Below the pieces are notes generated by a model, which saw nothing but the letters and a program-made list of their open reading frames with translations, made no database searches and was not told the DNA's origin. A program made the position numbers and the translations under genes. Below, piece by piece: positions 54,226 through 63,700 of a DNA stretch of 64,000 bases; the first letter of the stretch is position 1; every line of letters starts with the position of its first letter. The stretch comes from a virus (Duplodnaviria; Caudoviricetes): positions 139,068 to 203,067 of IMG/VR virus record IMGVR_UViG_3300033273_000833; one strand, written 5' to 3'.

Positions 54226-54516
54226 TTATTTTTTAAACTCAAAAATTAAATCAATTTTTTCAAATTCAGAATTATTTTTTCTAACCGATTCATTTCCCAT
54301 GTCTAATACTTTTTTACGAATCAATTGTAATTTTTCATAATCAAAGTAATCAGCCATATTAATTAACCCTTCATGTTCTTCAGGCAGGGAATGCTTGAGT
54401 TTTAAAAATATCCTCTGATGTTCAGAGTGTAAATCTTCAATAATATTTAAAAATCTTTTAAACAGATCTTTAGTGTGTTTTTCTATACTTTCTTCTAATA
54501 ATTGTTTTGGTTCCAT
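54226..54516 (-). CDS. Hypothetical late protein
   Basis: Late motif at 54544 and GGAAAGG Shine-Dalgarno. Confidence 0.65.
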   Translation of the reverse strand: MEPKQLLEESIEKHTKDLFKRFLNIIEDLHSEHQRIFLKLKHSLPEEHEGLINMADYFDYEKLQLIRKKVLDMGNESVRKNNSEFEKIDLIFEFKK

Positions 54517-54578
54517 AAGCCTTTCCTTTTACCTTAATTAAAATTACACGATTTTCTTTTAATGTGTAATAAAATGTA

Positions 54579-55025
54579 ATGGAAGGACTATTTTCAGAAT
54601 CTGATAAAGATGAAATAAGGCAGAGTTTTCGCCTGCTTCACGATACATTTGGTAGGGAAGTATTTATATATAAAGATGCAAAAAAAATTATTGTATCTTC
54701 TGACTCAACATTTAATTCTGTTTATGGTCTAGCAAATAACGGAACCCAAACAATTCAGTACGAACCCGTTCAAAGATCAATTAAAGCTAGGATTATATAC
54801 GGAAAACAACAAAATGAAACAAATTTTCCTGGGACAAATGTAGGAGCTGAGCTATCAGAGGGGCAGGTCAAGATAACTGTCACAAAAGAAGATTATGACA
54901 ACTTTGTCAAAGGAGCTAAGCGCGCCGAGGTAGATGGAGAAAAATTTATTTTTGATAGTGATCCAAGACCTCAAGGAATGTTTGGTCCAGATTATTATTC
55001 CTTTGTTTTAAGGAGAGCTCAATGA
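54579..55025 (+). CDS. Head-closure (stopper)-like protein
   Basis: ~150-aa beta-rich protein at the start of the neck cluster. Confidence 0.55.
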   Translation: MEGLFSESDKDEIRQSFRLLHDTFGREVFIYKDAKKIIVSSDSTFNSVYGLANNGTQTIQYEPVQRSIKARIIYGKQQNETNFPGTNVGAELSEGQVKITVTKEDYDNFVKGAKRAEVDGEKFIFDSDPRPQGMFGPDYYSFVLRRAQ

Positions 55026-55621
55026 TTAATAGGGTATTAGCTAGTCAAATTATCCAGAAAGAATTGATGCGTCAGCCGTCCGCACTCAAGAGAATGAGAG
55101 TGGTTGCCTTAAGAGAGGTGGAAATTGAGATTGATAGAATTAAAAAAGAGATGATATATGAGTTTGAGAACCATCCTATTACTAGAGAATTAGAGATGGG
55201 TCCTGGAGGGCAAAATATAAGTGGAACGCTTGGTGGAAAGGGAAATCTTTTTACATTTATTGGTTTTGATAGGAATGCTAAACCTACTCAAATTATTAAA
55301 GAGTACCTAATGAGGGTTAGTGTGGCTTACAAAAGAATGGAGAAAGGTAATTTTATATTTGATATAACATACCCCTCTAAGCAGGAGTTGTTTGATGTCA
55401 CACCCATGCCCTGGGCTTCTGGTAGAAGCTGGTTAAAGGGTATTGAACTAGGTATGTCAGGTTTAGGCATGTATTTACATAAAAAGGGTGACCCTATAAA
55501 AGTAAGTCGATCTGGACAAGCAATTCAGATAAAAGGCAAGATCAATCCTGGCAGATTTAGTAATACTGCATACATATCTAAAATAATAAATAACTTTACA
55601 GCAAAAATACAAAAATTATGA
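55022..55621 (+). CDS. Neck/tail-completion protein
   Basis: Basic protein between stopper and terminator; GKGNLFTFIGF and TPMPWASGRSW motifs. Confidence 0.5.
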   Translation: MINRVLASQIIQKELMRQPSALKRMRVVALREVEIEIDRIKKEMIYEFENHPITRELEMGPGGQNISGTLGGKGNLFTFIGFDRNAKPTQIIKEYLMRVSVAYKRMEKGNFIFDITYPSKQELFDVTPMPWASGRSWLKGIELGMSGLGMYLHKKGDPIKVSRSGQAIQIKGKINPGRFSNTAYISKIINNFTAKIQKL

Positions 55622-56868
55622 AAGTAGCATATCAACATGAAGTTACAACAAGCTTCGTTATGTGGTTTGACCATTTCCTCTTATCCAAAGGCGAAGCGTA
55701 TAGAAATATTACTAGCCCGTGCTATCATCAGGTTGATGACAGATTGCCTGATAATACTATTTTTGCATCTCCACACAAGCAATGGGTAACTGATTCCAGT
55801 ATTCAGGGAGCTCAAATACCTGAGGGTATATATGACGACGGAGTTTTTGTACCAAGAGGAACAAATGGATTAAAGTTAGATTTTGAAAATGGTAGAGCAA
55901 TACTAGACTCAGGCTTTCCTGCCTCAGCGAATATAACAGCTACATTTGCTATGAAAGATTTCAATATATATGTTACTGACCAAAACGAAGAAGATTTAAT
56001 TATAGAAAGTAATTTAAAAATTAATAGCAGATTTTTTAGAGAAAACACAGGAATACCTCCTTACGATCACGTAGTCCCAGCCATATTTATTTCTAATGAT
56101 GGAGCTAGAAATGATCCTTTTGCTTTTGGCGGAGAAGATAAAACTACAACATATTTTAAAGCTGCGGTAATAGCTGAAAATCTATATACTCTTGATGGAG
56201 TTCTTTCTATATTTAATGACGCGAGTAGGACTGTGTTTAGTAAAATTAATTTCAATGACCATCCTATAAATGAATTTGGTGACTTAAAATATGGATTAAA
56301 GGCGAGCGCGCCAATCGAAAGAAGGTCGAAGTTACTTTTCTCAGGTAGCCCAGTAAGCGTATATCAACAAGGAGGATCTATGACCGTCAGAAGTTCTATT
56401 GTAAAGTCTGGGACAACATTTACTTTGGTTTTTGGGTCTCCTTCTAGCACTCCAAGTTTAGAGGTTAATCAATCAACTAATAATATAACTGTATCATATC
56501 CTAGATATAGTTCAGATGTAGGTTTTGGTTTCGGTACTGAACCTTCAGTTATAGATATTGTTAACTTCATAGATAGCCAAGAGGGTTTTACTGCCTCACA
56601 TAATGGATCTAGTTATTTTAGCACCTCTATGACTACCGTAAAAGTTCCAGGATTGCTAGAAGGAACTTATCAAGTTTCTACCGACGAAGATGTCACTCCT
56701 CCGTATAATTACAAAGATTTAGCAGATAAAAATAAGGAAGATTACTTTTTAATAGAATCTGTATCATGTTCAAGAATGACTGATAATCTCAGAAAGGTTG
56801 TTCTAGACAATCTTTTCGTGGGTTTTATAGATTTTGAAATTGCAAAAAATAGATTTCCTAGATTATAA
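55618..56868 (+). CDS. Tail terminator-like protein with inserted domain
   Basis: Directly upstream of the tube gene; PAIFIS...FAFGGED and FVGFIDFEI motifs. Confidence 0.5.
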   Translation: MKVAYQHEVTTSFVMWFDHFLLSKGEAYRNITSPCYHQVDDRLPDNTIFASPHKQWVTDSSIQGAQIPEGIYDDGVFVPRGTNGLKLDFENGRAILDSGFPASANITATFAMKDFNIYVTDQNEEDLIIESNLKINSRFFRENTGIPPYDHVVPAIFISNDGARNDPFAFGGEDKTTTYFKAAVIAENLYTLDGVLSIFNDASRTVFSKINFNDHPINEFGDLKYGLKASAPIERRSKLLFSGSPVSVYQQGGSMTVRSSIVKSGTTFTLVFGSPSSTPSLEVNQSTNNITVSYPRYSSDVGFGFGTEPSVIDIVNFIDSQEGFTASHNGSSYFSTSMTTVKVPGLLEGTYQVSTDEDVTPPYNYKDLADKNKEDYFLIESVSCSRMTDNLRKVVLDNLFVGFIDFEIAKNRFPRL

Positions 56869-56992
56869 AAAATTTTATATTAATAATTAATTAATTTATA
56901 TAAAAAATAAAAAACAAGGGGGGAAGCTAAATAAAAATTTCCCAAAAATAAAAAAAAAATGTAATCGACCATAACATCTAATTTTTTTTATT

Positions 56993-58189
56993 ATGGCTAG
57001 AAACAGAGTTATCTATCAAAGTGAAGCGTTATTTGTCAGTCCAAATTCGACGGGCTATCATTTTTCTGGAGAAGATTCAGCAGGAATTTCGATGGCTACA
57101 GGAATTCTTGGTATAGGCGGAACGCATGTAAGAGATTCGGGAAACATGGTATCCCAGCTAAGTCGGGTACAGAGTGCGAATTATAGTTTTACAATTAACA
57201 GGACTGATATCAATGAATTTGGAAGGTTGGCGCGTATTGACGCTTTGATCACCGAATCTCCAACGGTATCTTTAGACTTTACATATTATCCAATCGACGG
57301 AAAAAATGAGACATTACTCAAATTTGAAACCGATGGTCAAACCAACTGCATTAAGAATCACCTAAATGATACTGTTGGTTCAAACTTTTTCATCCAAACA
57401 ACCGCAGAAGGTACTGATGTTGCTGGCAACACAGATGCTGACAGCACTAAAACTACGATTGGTCTAGGTAATGGATTTATGTCTGACTATACGTTTGATG
57501 CGTCAGTTGGAAGTATCCCTACTGCCAGTGTAACAATTGAGGGCTTCAATATGAAAGCTGATCAAGGAGTTACAGGTAATTCTATACCAGCAGTTACGCT
57601 GGAAGATGGATCTCCTATTAGCAATGTTCAATACAGCTTGCCTTCGGGATCAACTGGAGACCATGCTCTTGCGGCTCTTCGTCCTGGTGATCTTAAGCTT
57701 CATTTTCCAGCAGACTCAGCTTTAATCACTAATACATCTGGAGAAAATGGTGGAACTGCGGCTCACGTTCAAAGCGTTAGCTTTAATATTCCAATGTCAA
57801 GAACTCCAATCGAAAGATTGGGTAGTGTGTTTCCATATGTTCGTGTGCCTGACGTACCTTTAAATGCTAGTTTTACAATTAATGCATTGGTTGCAGATAT
57901 TGGAACAGGAAACCTTGCGGTCCTTATAGATAATGAGCAAAAACAAGATCTTACCGTAACCATGGCGAATCCTGGAACTAGTCAAGATACAATGTCATTT
58001 ACTATTAAAGGAGCTCTTCTTGACTCCGAGTCATTTAGTTCGGATATCGGAGGAAATAAAACAGTTGACTTAACATTTACTACTCAAGTTGGTGGTCCTG
58101 AAGATACGGAAAACGGTGTGTTTATTTCTGGATCTTATTCTACTACTGATCTCCCAGACTACAGTAACGTAACAGCAGAATCAGTTTAA
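56993..58189 (+). CDS. Major tail tube protein (internally duplicated)
   Basis: MARNRVIYQSEALFV; RVQSANYSF...RTDINEFG and HVQSVSFNI...RTPIERLG halves; followed by a terminator. Confidence 0.8.
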   Translation: MARNRVIYQSEALFVSPNSTGYHFSGEDSAGISMATGILGIGGTHVRDSGNMVSQLSRVQSANYSFTINRTDINEFGRLARIDALITESPTVSLDFTYYPIDGKNETLLKFETDGQTNCIKNHLNDTVGSNFFIQTTAEGTDVAGNTDADSTKTTIGLGNGFMSDYTFDASVGSIPTASVTIEGFNMKADQGVTGNSIPAVTLEDGSPISNVQYSLPSGSTGDHALAALRPGDLKLHFPADSALITNTSGENGGTAAHVQSVSFNIPMSRTPIERLGSVFPYVRVPDVPLNASFTINALVADIGTGNLAVLIDNEQKQDLTVTMANPGTSQDTMSFTIKGALLDSESFSSDIGGNKTVDLTFTTQVGGPEDTENGVFISGSYSTTDLPDYSNVTAESV

Positions 58190-58213
58190 TTTAAAGATTA
58201 AATTGCTTCTTCA

Positions 58214-58241
58214 TAAAAACACCCCTTATGGGGTGTTTTTT
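58214..58241. terminator. Intrinsic terminator after the tube gene
   Basis: AAAAACACCCC-TTAT-GGGGTGTTTTT. Confidence 0.9.
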
Positions 58242-58258
58242 ATTGTGTAAATATATAT

Positions 58259-60733
58259 GTGAAAGGTAAAGTATCATATGAATCTGCGGGTATTTTAATT
58301 GGCCCATCTCCAGCGTTTTCTAGTCATACGGGCGAAGATAATTATTGCATGATGGATCAAATTAATAGAGTTCAGGATGCAAGCTTTAATTTTTCAATTG
58401 AAAGGCAAGACATTAAGCAGTTAAATTCTTTTATGATGGCTGACCGAAAAATAGTTTCCCAGCCAGAAGTTGGTTTAAGTTTTTCGTATTTACTGACAAA
58501 TGCATTTAATGAAAGAAAGTTTGGGTTTCATGTTAGTGATGACGAGCAATATTCTGCAATTAAAAACTTTTATGATAAGACGGTAGAAGATAGAAACTTA
58601 TTCTTCTTGATAACAAATCGAGAAGGCAGACATATAGAATTTAGTACATATATACATCAAGAGGCGTACAGGTCAAATACTTTTACTTCATCAATTGGCG
58701 CCGCTACTCAAGACAAAGAGATTGATGCTGATGTTAAAATGTATGATTTTAAAGATTATGATATAATTGGTTTTGGTAATAGTTTTTTAACTAATTATTC
58801 AGTTACTGCTGCCGTTGGATCTTTCCCTACTGCTACTGTGGATTGGTCTTGTTCTAATATAAAATTTGACAAACAGGATGAATCTGAAAACATAACTAGA
58901 GGAATATCAAGAGCAATAACATTTACTGGATGCTTATCTAATCTTGTTACTCAGGGAGGAGAAAGCTCTGGTGGCGCCCAGTGGCTTGGTCAAGAAGTTA
59001 CTTTGTATGACGATGCAATCACAGATAATTCTCAAACATATTTTTTTGATAAAGAGGATCAAGCTCTTGTGTTAATAAACCCTGATTGCGCAAAAAGAAG
59101 GGGTAAATGTAAGAATTTAATTGACCCCGAAAAACTATCGTTTGAATACGATGTTTCCGTGCCAACTTCATTAAATAGAGATCAATTTGATAAAACAGAA
59201 AAAGAGCCTCATTTGAGAATTGAGATAGATATAGATATTGGAGTATTTGATGAAAATGGAAATTTTCTTAAGGACGCAAATTTCACTTTATCCGAAATGG
59301 AGATAACATTAATCAAGGAAAATCATGATGGTAGAATTAGAAAAATGATTCATGAATATGGAACAGGTTATGGTTATCGAAAGTTTAGGGTAAAAAACAT
59401 GGACAATCAAATTAAGATTTTTTGGGATGATGACGATGTTGGTCATTTAGACTTAAGCGCTTTTATGGATAGCGATCCTAAGGGCAAATGGTCGTTGCAT
59501 GTATCTTCTTTTGTAGGTGGGAAATTAAATGAATTCAATGTATCTGCTGTAAAACCTATATATCATGATATACCTGCAATTAATAGACAAACTGGAGGTA
59601 TAGAAAATAGGCCTAAATATAATATTATTGCAAATGATTTTATATACCCTGAGCATGTTAACGCCTTATTGCCTGGTGATGTAGTTCTTGAGTTAGAAGA
59701 TCCTAATGTTGGAGGCTCTAAGTTATTAAATGATGATAATAGCGTTAATATTCAATCTTTCCAGATGGAGATACCTCTTGCTAGAGAAAATTTATTTAAA
59801 TTAGGTTCTAGATATGTTTGTGATAGAAAATTATTATTTCCTCAATTGCCAACTATTTCTATGAATTTAATTGTAGATAAACTTCTAAAAGGAGATTTGA
59901 ACAAAATATTCGCCAGAGATAAAAAGTATAATTTTAATATAAAACTAAAAAAGCATTTTGAAAAAGCGAATGCCATTCCTGGGCACGGGCATTATGTTGA
60001 GCATGATTATAAATCATATCAATCAGATAGGTCTAGGCCAATTATAGATGGTGATTGTGATGGTTCTAATAAAAAAGGAGATTGGATATCAACTCAAATT
60101 GAGACTGGTATGTTTTATAAAAATTTAAAATATATTGATGGTAAAATTTATTATATAGACAATGATATTGAAAAAAGAATTTCGCTTAATTATTTAAATG
60201 ATGTTTTTGTAGTAAAAACTATTAATGGTGAATTAGTTTCTTTTGGGTTAATTAAGCATATGGGTATATTACCTTCTTACACAATGGTTGTTAAGAAGAG
60301 TGGTAGGTATGCAGAGACCGTTTCTCAGCAGAACGGAATGTATAAGCAGAGGGGAGCTCATTATATAGGTTCTCTCAAAGATTCGGCTGGAGGTAAAAAT
60401 ATCTGCGAGGATGACATGGGTCAATGGAGCGTTAATAAATATGAAGATCCTGAGTATTTTGGTAACGAATCAAAAAAATCATCTAGAGAAGATTTTATTG
60501 TATATAAGATTAGGGGCGCCAAATTAGTTTCTCAAGATTTTTCTCTTGGACTAACTGATATGATGGAGTGTAATTTAACTTTTAATTTTGAAATATCTCC
60601 TGATTTTGGTTTTTGTATACAGGGGGCTGGAGAACCTATATCTCAAGAGCATAACTTTTTAGTTTTTCAAGAAGACCAACCTTTTATGATTACTATGGAA
60701 GATTCCGACATACCTATTTCTTTACGAGGTTAA
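58259..60733 (+). CDS. Tail tube paralog with large inserted domains
   Basis: RVQDASFNF...ERQDIKQL and NIQSFQMEI...RENLFKLG tube halves; insert with KGKWSLHVS...GGKLNEFNV resembling a P-domain. Confidence 0.7.
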   Translation: MKGKVSYESAGILIGPSPAFSSHTGEDNYCMMDQINRVQDASFNFSIERQDIKQLNSFMMADRKIVSQPEVGLSFSYLLTNAFNERKFGFHVSDDEQYSAIKNFYDKTVEDRNLFFLITNREGRHIEFSTYIHQEAYRSNTFTSSIGAATQDKEIDADVKMYDFKDYDIIGFGNSFLTNYSVTAAVGSFPTATVDWSCSNIKFDKQDESENITRGISRAITFTGCLSNLVTQGGESSGGAQWLGQEVTLYDDAITDNSQTYFFDKEDQALVLINPDCAKRRGKCKNLIDPEKLSFEYDVSVPTSLNRDQFDKTEKEPHLRIEIDIDIGVFDENGNFLKDANFTLSEMEITLIKENHDGRIRKMIHEYGTGYGYRKFRVKNMDNQIKIFWDDDDVGHLDLSAFMDSDPKGKWSLHVSSFVGGKLNEFNVSAVKPIYHDIPAINRQTGGIENRPKYNIIANDFIYPEHVNALLPGDVVLELEDPNVGGSKLLNDDNSVNIQSFQMEIPLARENLFKLGSRYVCDRKLLFPQLPTISMNLIVDKLLKGDLNKIFARDKKYNFNIKLKKHFEKANAIPGHGHYVEHDYKSYQSDRSRPIIDGDCDGSNKKGDWISTQIETGMFYKNLKYIDGKIYYIDNDIEKRISLNYLNDVFVVKTINGELVSFGLIKHMGILPSYTMVVKKSGRYAETVSQQNGMYKQRGAHYIGSLKDSAGGKNICEDDMGQWSVNKYEDPEYFGNESKKSSREDFIVYKIRGAKLVSQDFSLGLTDMMECNLTFNFEISPDFGFCIQGAGEPISQEHNFLVFQEDQPFMITMEDSDIPISLRG

Positions 60734-60752
60734 AATAGTGTAATTTTTAGAA

Positions 60753-63700
60753 ATGGCAGGAAATAGAAAAATATCTCAATTATCGACATATTCTGGCTAT
60801 GTCGCACCTAAAGATTTGTTTATCACTGCCACACAGACTACTCCAGTACGAAACAAGCAAATATCTTTTTATGATGGAGGTCCAACTGGGCATAACTTAA
60901 TATCAAGCATTCAAAAAGCTGGAAACTTTGTCTCAACTACAGGGGACGAACAAATTCATGGAGATAAATACTTTAGAGATGATTTAGATATTAGAGGTAA
61001 TGTGGTCATCCATGGAGAAGATCATCCAGGACAGCATTCTGAGGACGCTTTGTATGTTTATGGCAACATAGTAAATTCTGGCATAGACGTCTTAATGTAC
61101 GAGTCTGACGATAATTTATGTATAGATATACCTATTGGAAACTCGGATTTAGTAGATGAAAGGGGGGTAAGTAATTCATTTAATGTTGATGGTCATTTAG
61201 GTGCCTATCCTCCAAGGGTAGATGATCAAAGTATTTTTAATTATTATCCAATCGAAAAGGTACAGGTATTTTTTGAAATTGCCGAATACAAGGAAGACCA
61301 GTTTATTCGAGTATGGTCAGGGGTTAATCCAATTACTTTTGAGACTGACCCATCCGTTTATAAACATAAAACTGCTGGCTTGTTAGATGATACCGATGGT
61401 GGCATTGGGTTCCCTCAAAGAGGTAATGATTTTAAGGAAAAAAGTAATATTGATGGCCTGTTCATTAAGTTAACTTCTCCTGAAGGAACTGACTCAGAAG
61501 TTTATAATCATTTTGGTGGATTAGATTATCAAAGAGATCATACTGTGTTTCAAAATGAGCAGGGCGTGGGAACTTGGAAATTAAGCCTCATTGATGAGTG
61601 TGGGGATGTTATAGATGGTCAACTTAAGAGATGGTGGATTAAAATTCATAGAAGATTGGGTCAAACTGAACTAGGTCATAATAATGACACTACTGGTATA
61701 GATGCGATTAATATAGGACAAAGTAACTCTAACTACGCAGAATCTGGGTCTATATATGGTAGGGAAAATACAAATTCAGGTTACAATGCTTTTGTAGTAG
61801 GAGACTCAAATAAACATACAGCTTTTGCTAGAATTTCTAACACTTTTGGTAGGGGTAATCAAGTCGATACTACGGGAGCTAGTACATTTGGCAGTGGTAA
61901 TTTTGTGACAGGAGAATACTCATCAACCATTGGTTATGGTAATGATATAACTATTTCTGGAGTAAGAGCCCATACGATTGGTATGGAGAACGTAGCCAAC
62001 GCAGAAGATTCTGTTATGGTTGGTAGCGGTAATGAAAACAACGCTGCTGATAGTATGACCGTAGGTTACGGAAACTTAAACGAGGATGACGCTGATGGTT
62101 CACATATATTTGGCAGAAAGAATACTTCAGATTCTTTCAGAGCAACTACGGTTGGTAGTGGTAATTTTGTAAGCGGAAACTATGCGTCAACTGTTGGTTA
62201 TGGTAATGATGTAACCACGGCTGGCGTAAGAGCTCATACGATTGGTATGGAGAACGTAGCCAACGCAGAAGATTCTGTTATGGTTGGTAGCGGTAACGAA
62301 AACAACGCTGCTGATAGCATGACCGTAGGTTACGGAAACTTAAACGAGGATGACGCTGATGGCTCACATGTATTTGGCAGAAAGAATACTTCAGATTCTT
62401 TCAGAGCAACTACGGTTGGTAGTGGTAATTTTGTCAGCGGAAACTATGCGTCAACTGTTGGTTATGGTAATGATGTAACCACGGCTGGCGTAAGAACCCA
62501 TACGATTGGTATGGAGAACGTAGCCAACGCAGAAGATTCTGTGATGGTCGGTAGCGGTAACGAAAACAACGCTGCTGATAGCATGACCGTAGGTTACGGA
62601 AACTTAAATAAAGATAATGCTGACGGGTCTCATGTATTTGGCAGGAAAAACATTTCAAATTCTTTTAGAGCAACTACAATTGGTAGTGGTAATGTAAACA
62701 GTGGCAACCACTCGATGGTAGCTGGTTATGGAAACAAAAATAATTCAGAGGATTCAATTGTTGTAGGTTATAGAAATTTTGTAGATATTTCTGGAGACAC
62801 TTCAAACGTTTTTGGTAGGTCAAATGAAGTATATTCTCCCTTTTCGACTGCTGTAGGTATAGATAATATAATTAGTGGAGAAAGTGGAGCTGCTTACGGA
62901 AATCTAAATACAGTAACAGAGAAAGCTGACAATACTTTAATTTTTGGTATAGGTAATACTGGCAATGCGATAGATTGTGTTATCTTGGGTAAAGAAAATG
63001 TTATAAACTCTGCTAATTCTGTAATTGGTGGTTATAGGAATTATACTGATTCGACAGCTGCAGATATAACGATATTTGGTCGAAAAAATAAAGTCGAGTC
63101 CGCAACTTCTGTTCGGACAATGGGTAGCGGAAATAGAGCTTTAGCTGATCTATCGAGCACTTTTGGTAACGCAAACTTAGCGGATATAGAAGCTAAATAC
63201 GGAAATATATTTGGTAACTTTAATACTGGAGATGCTGAGGCGGCTGGAATTTTCGGAAGTGGGAATAAGAATTACGCTTCTCATTCATACATTTTTGGTA
63301 ATGATAATTTAAATACTGTAACAGCTATTAGGTCAAATACTATAGGTGAAGATAATGTCAATAATGGCGATAGATCTATTATAGTAGGAAGTGGTAATAT
63401 AAATAGCGGAACCTTTAGCGCTCTTTTCGGATACGGTAATGATAGTACGATATTAGCAGAAAGATCGCACGTATTTGGTATAGAGAATATAAGTGATGCG
63501 GAAGATTCTACAGTTATTGGAAGCGGAAATAATAATACAGCTTCTGATAGTATGACCGTGGGTTATGGAAATTTTAATGAGGATGAGGCTGATGGTTCAC
63601 ATGTATTTGGCAGAAAGAATACTTCAGATTCTTTCAGAGCAACTACGGTTGGTAGTGGTAATTTTGTAAGCGGAAACTATGCGTCAACTGTTGGCTATAG

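Larger units (their letters stand above)
13469..60743. promoter_or_regulatory. Late promoter motif GTGTAA (variant GTGTAT) upstream of late genes on both strands
   Basis: Plus copies at 13469, 16827, 17580(v), 23709, 25684, 29156(v), 30099, 54564, 58245 and 60738. Minus copies (TTACAC) at 15561, 16819, 32553, 33171, 34744, 37377, 52248 and 54544. Confidence 0.85.

Noticed and set aside
14258-54516. Recombinase-driven invertible segments explaining the minus-strand blocks
   Set aside because: No inverted repeats were seen at block ends and no recombinase is in the window. Per-gene late promoters explain the orientation without inversion.
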